From Methanocaldococcus jannaschii DSM 2661 (lineage in GTDB: Archaea; AGJL01; Methanococci; Methanococcales; Methanocaldococcaceae), in contig NC_000909.1 of the NCBI RefSeq assembly GCF_000091665.1, positions 212,871 to 244,870 of the forward strand: a DNA stretch of 32,000 nt. The letters are read 5' to 3'. The notes under the pieces were generated by a model, which did no database searches, was not told the origin of the DNA, and saw only the letters and a list, made by a program, of their open reading frames with translations. The number at the start of each line of letters is the position of its first letter. Position 1 is the first letter of the stretch. Below are positions 28,642 through 32,000 of this stretch, one piece after another. A program made the translations under genes and the position numbers.

Positions 28642-29151
28642 ATGAGAGGTAGCTTAGCAATATACAACGCCTTAAAAGACTCAAATATAGATTTTATATG
28701 CTCTGTTCCATGTGCAAACTTAAAAAACCTACTGAAATTAATTGAAGAGGATAAAAATATAATAAATATACCAGCAACAAGGGAAGAAGAAGCATTTGGA
28801 ATATGTGCTGGAGCATACTTAGCTGGGAAGAAAACAGCTATATTAATGCAGAATTCGGGTATTGGAAACTCAATAAATGCCATTGCCTCATTATACAAAA
28901 CCTTCCAAATCCCTACATTATTAATAATCAGCCATAGAGGAGACTTAAAGGAACAAATACCTGCCCAAATACCTATGGGAAGATGGATTGAGAAATTGTT
29001 AGATGTTTGTGAAATCCCTACTTATAAACCAAAAACACCAGAAGAGGCATATAAATTAATAAAATATGCTTCCTCCTATATGTATAAAATCTCATATCCT
29101 GTAGCTTTACTGTTTGATGCTCTATATTGGGAATACGATTTAGAAAAGTAA
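28642..29151 (+). CDS. comD: Sulfopyruvate decarboxylase alpha subunit
   Basis: IYNALKDSNIDFICSVPCANLKNLLKLIEEDKNIINIPATREEEAFGICAGAYLAGKKTAILMQNSGIGNSINAIASL. Confidence 0.92.
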   Translation: MRGSLAIYNALKDSNIDFICSVPCANLKNLLKLIEEDKNIINIPATREEEAFGICAGAYLAGKKTAILMQNSGIGNSINAIASLYKTFQIPTLLIISHRGDLKEQIPAQIPMGRWIEKLLDVCEIPTYKPKTPEEAYKLIKYASSYMYKISYPVALLFDALYWEYDLEK

Positions 29152-29164
29152 AAGAGATGATACC

Positions 29165-29731
29165 ATGTATCCAAAGAGAATAGATATAATTAAAAAGATT
29201 GTTGAAAATGTCGGAGAGAAAGAGATAATAGTCAGCAATATTGGAATTCCTTCTAAAGAGCTGTATTATGTAAAAGATAGGGAGAGAAACTTTTATATGC
29301 TCGGTTCAATGGGATTAGCTTCTTCTATTGGCTTGGGATTAGCTTTAAATTGTGAAGATAAGGTTATAGTTATAGATGGGGATGGTTCTATATTGATGAA
29401 CCTTGGCTCACTATCAACAATAGGATACATGAATCCAAAAAATTATATATTGGTTATAATAGATAATTCTGCTTATGGTTCTACAGGTAATCAAAAAACA
29501 CACACTGGCAAAAATACAAACTTAGAAGAAATTGCTAAGGGTTGTGGTTTAGATACAATAACTACAGAAAGTTTAGAAGAATTTGAAAAAGAGTTTAAAA
29601 ATGCTTTAAATGAAGAAAAATGTAAAGTTATTATTGCTAAGACAATTCCATACAATGAAAAATGTTCTAATATAGAGATTCCACCTGTTGTTTTGAAGTA
29701 TCGATTTATGGAAGCGATAAAAAGGAGTTAA
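29165..29731 (+). CDS. comE: Sulfopyruvate decarboxylase beta subunit
   Basis: FYMLGSMGLASSIGLGLALNCEDKVIVIDGDGSILMNLGSLSTIGYMNPKNYILVIIDNSAYGSTG (TPP-binding motif). Confidence 0.93.
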   Translation: MYPKRIDIIKKIVENVGEKEIIVSNIGIPSKELYYVKDRERNFYMLGSMGLASSIGLGLALNCEDKVIVIDGDGSILMNLGSLSTIGYMNPKNYILVIIDNSAYGSTGNQKTHTGKNTNLEEIAKGCGLDTITTESLEEFEKEFKNALNEEKCKVIIAKTIPYNEKCSNIEIPPVVLKYRFMEAIKRS

Positions 29732-29844
29732 ACATAGATTGGACATTAATTGGGGCTGAAAGCCCCAACTTAATGGACGTGGGGTATCCCAATAGGGGGT
29801 TTCCCCCTATGGAGATATAGATTTATGGAAGCGATAAAAAGGAG
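29703..29844 (+). repeat. 25-bp direct repeats flanking a 92-bp two-hairpin insert
   Basis: GATTTATGGAAGCGATAAAAAGGAG at 29703-29727 (end of comE) and at 29820-29844. Insert carries stem CATTAATTGGGGCT/AGCCCCAACTTAATG (29744-29775) and stem CCAATAGGGGG/CCCCCTATGG (29789-29812). Confidence 0.8.
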
Positions 29845-29890
29845 CCAAAAATATCATTCATTAAAATAAATAAATATTTAAAGTGAGAGT

Positions 29891-30826
29891 ATGATTCCAG
29901 AAGAAATTTATAAAATTTTAAGAAAGCAGAGGTATCAAATAGACGGCCACACAGCCGTTAAGTTGTGTGGATGGGTTAGAAAAAAGATGTTAGAGGATAA
30001 AAATTGCTATAAATCAAAATTCTATGGTATTGAAACACACAGATGTATTCAATGCACACCATCAGTTATTTGGTGTCAGCAAAATTGTATATTCTGCTGG
30101 AGAGTTTTACCAAGGGATATAGGTATAGATATAAGCCAAATTAAAGAACCAAAATGGGAAGAGCCAGAGGTTGTATATGAGAAAATTTTAGCCATGCATA
30201 AAAGAATAATTATGGGTTATGCTGGAGTGTTAGATAGAGTTGGAGAGAAGAAATTTAAAGAGGCTTTAGAGCCAAAGCATGTGGCAATATCTTTATCAGG
30301 AGAGCCAACACTTTATCCATACTTAGATGAGTTAATAAAGATATTCCATAAGAATGGATTTACAACATTTGTTGTTTCAAATGGAATCTTAACTGATGTT
30401 ATTGAAAAAATAGAGCCAACTCAACTGTATATCTCATTAGATGCCTATGATTTGGACAGTTATAGAAGAATATGTGGGGGGAAGAAAGAGTATTGGGAAA
30501 GTATCTTAAATACCTTAGACATTTTAAAAGAGAAGAAGAGAACTTGTATAAGAACTACTTTAATTAGGGGCTATAATGATGATATCTTAAAGTTTGTAGA
30601 GCTCTATGAAAGAGCTGATGTCCATTTCATTGAGTTAAAGTCATATATGCACGTTGGTTATTCTCAAAAAAGATTAAAGAAAGAGGACATGCTACAACAT
30701 GATGAGATATTAAAATTAGCTAAGATGTTAGATGAAAACAGCTCATACAAATTAATTGATGACAGTGAAGATAGTAGAGTGGCGTTATTGCAAAATGAAA
30801 ATAGGAAAATCAACCCGAAACTTTAA
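29891..30826 (+). CDS. taw1: tRNA wybutosine radical SAM enzyme (Taw1/TYW1 homologue)
   Basis: RCIQCTPSVIWCQQNCIFCWRV (radical SAM CxxxCxxC), HVAISLSGEPTLYPYLDELIKIFH, TTFVVSNGILTDVIEKIEPTQLYISLDAYD, FIELKSYMHVGYS. Confidence 0.9.
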   Translation: MIPEEIYKILRKQRYQIDGHTAVKLCGWVRKKMLEDKNCYKSKFYGIETHRCIQCTPSVIWCQQNCIFCWRVLPRDIGIDISQIKEPKWEEPEVVYEKILAMHKRIIMGYAGVLDRVGEKKFKEALEPKHVAISLSGEPTLYPYLDELIKIFHKNGFTTFVVSNGILTDVIEKIEPTQLYISLDAYDLDSYRRICGGKKEYWESILNTLDILKEKKRTCIRTTLIRGYNDDILKFVELYERADVHFIELKSYMHVGYSQKRLKKEDMLQHDEILKLAKMLDENSSYKLIDDSEDSRVALLQNENRKINPKL

Positions 30827-30904
30827 TAAAGTTTCATCAAAGCTAACATCTCTGCCAAAGGCAGAGGTGTAAATGGGGTATCCCAATAGGGCGAAGCCCT
30901 ATGG
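30817..30904 (+). repeat. Second copy of the structured motif, downstream of taw1
   Basis: GAAACTTT-AAT-AAAGTTTC (30817-30835) spanning the stop codon, ACATCTCTGCC-AAA-GGCAGAGGTGT (30846-30870), GGGGTATCCCAATAGGG (30875-30891) and CCAATAGGGC-GAA-GCCCTATGG (30883-30904). Confidence 0.75.
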
Positions 30905-30963
30905 TTGTAAAATGAAAATAGAAAGATAAATCCAAAGATTTTTGAATAATTATTCTATAGTGG

Positions 30964-32000
30964 TTATTTTATTTTTTCTCTAAGAATAACTAAAGAGTCT
31001 CTCTTTATCTTATTTTCATCATAACTCTTAATATACCCCCCATTTAAATAATTTAGCAACTCTTTTCCAATTTCCCCAACAAATATATATCGGCAGTTAA
31101 ATCTCTTTAAAACTTCAGATAGCTTTTTTACATCAATTTCTTCGCAAACAATTCCAAAGTCCCCGCCAATATAGATATCTCCACCAAATACTTCTAAAAA
31201 ATCTTTTATAGCGTAGGAAATAGCTTTTACATCTAAGCCAGGGTTGATATTTTTAACTAAAATTTTTTTATTTATCTCTTTAATTTCCATTCTATTTTTT
31301 ATGGTGAAGGTTTTTAATCTATATCTTATCTCCTCCATATCAACCAAATTTTTACAAATCTCTATAGCAAATAACGAATTTTCTACAAAATGTAATCCAA
31401 AGATGTTCTTGCTGAACTCAAATATTTCATCAAAGTATTTAAATTTTAGAGGATACTTATCTAAAATCTTTGCCCTATCTACATCAACAACATTTAGGCA
31501 TTTATGGTTTATATTTAAGTCATATCTATTAATATCTCTCTTATTTATAAAAGATAACTCAGCATTTTTTAAAGAACTAAACTTTGCAGTTAATGCATCC
31601 TTTCTCCCACCAGCTATTTTATAATTTTCTAATACATTTGTTATAGCTCCATATTTGCATTTAATTAATCCTAAAGATGTTTCAAATATAAAAAAGTCAT
31701 ATTTGTCAATATCTAAACTATTTAAAACCTTTAAAATAGTTGGTGGAGCTATAGAGCCAAAATTTGAGTTGTGTAAGTAAGTTGAATATTTATCTTTCAA
31801 AATATGGTTTATTAAAGAGGTTGTTGTTGTCTTTCCCTTAACTCCTGTAACATTAATTATTTTTTTATGGATATTTCCAAACTTCTCCTTTAATATTTTA
31901 GATACAGCATCTGTAAATGGGATAAAATCAACATCTATTGGGCAGTGTATTGGGGCTATAACTCTATCATATTTTTCAAAATTTGGCTGTTCAAAAAATA
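30964..32000 (-). CDS. cfbE: Mur ligase-like ATP-dependent ligase, probable coenzyme F430 synthase CfbE; 5' end beyond right edge
   Basis: Frame stays open to the window end: FEQPNFEKYDRVIAPIHCPIDVDFIPFTDAVSKILKEKFGNIHKKIINVTGVKGKTTTTSLINHILKDKYSTYLHNSNFG... The Mur-type P-loop GVKGKTTTT lies upstream of the Met used in the ORF track. Confidence 0.7.
   Translation of the reverse strand, partial: FFEQPNFEKYDRVIAPIHCPIDVDFIPFTDAVSKILKEKFGNIHKKIINVTGVKGKTTTTSLINHILKDKYSTYLHNSNFGSIAPPTILKVLNSLDIDKYDFFIFETSLGLIKCKYGAITNVLENYKIAGGRKDALTAKFSSLKNAELSFINKRDINRYDLNINHKCLNVVDVDRAKILDKYPLKFKYFDEIFEFSKNIFGLHFVENSLFAIEICKNLVDMEEIRYRLKTFTIKNRMEIKEINKKILVKNINPGLDVKAISYAIKDFLEVFGGDIYIGGDFGIVCEEIDVKKLSEVLKRFNCRYIFVGEIGKELLNYLNGGYIKSYDENKIKRDSLVILREKIK

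Noticed and set aside
28642-29731. Possibility that the two TPP-type ORFs form an acetolactate synthase pair or toxin system
   Set aside because: Split small alpha/beta TPP subunits divergent from phosphosulfolactate synthase comA match the coenzyme M pathway genes comD/comE.

Overview
The window is AT-rich and looks like Methanocaldococcus (M. jannaschii-type) chromosome. That is recognition from gene content and order; no database was searched. Most of it is dense housekeeping sequence: A-type ATPase subunits, NucS, a Ham1-type NTPase, glyS, eno, trpD/trpG, thiD-thiN, argS, dapA, small ribosomal proteins, pcn plus a GINS-like gene, pyrF, radB, comA/comD/comE, a Taw1/TYW1-type wybutosine enzyme and a Mur-ligase-like cfbE candidate running off the right edge. 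RNA genes are tRNA-Leu(UAA), tRNA-Ala(GGC) and a compact GC-rich structure fitting an archaeal box H/ACA guide RNA at 3409-3480. A 24-repeat CRISPR array lies at 23694-25314, with no cas genes in the window. Its main oddity is one self-complementary spacer present seven times in a row. Other items worth follow-up: (1) a 108-bp element with 16-bp perfect terminal inverted repeats that splits a membrane-protein gene at 4837-4944; (2) two copies of a two-hairpin motif sharing GGGGTATCCCAATAGGG but with different arm sequences, one flanked by 25-bp direct repeats; (3) a perfect 16-bp inverted repeat pair upstream of tRNA-Ala; (4) two tiny genes absent from the ORF track, ribosomal protein eL41 and a 32-aa membrane peptide overlapping a CYTH gene stop codon; (5) palindromes upstream of the ArsR-like operon and of pcn. 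I found no clear multi-gene novel system.
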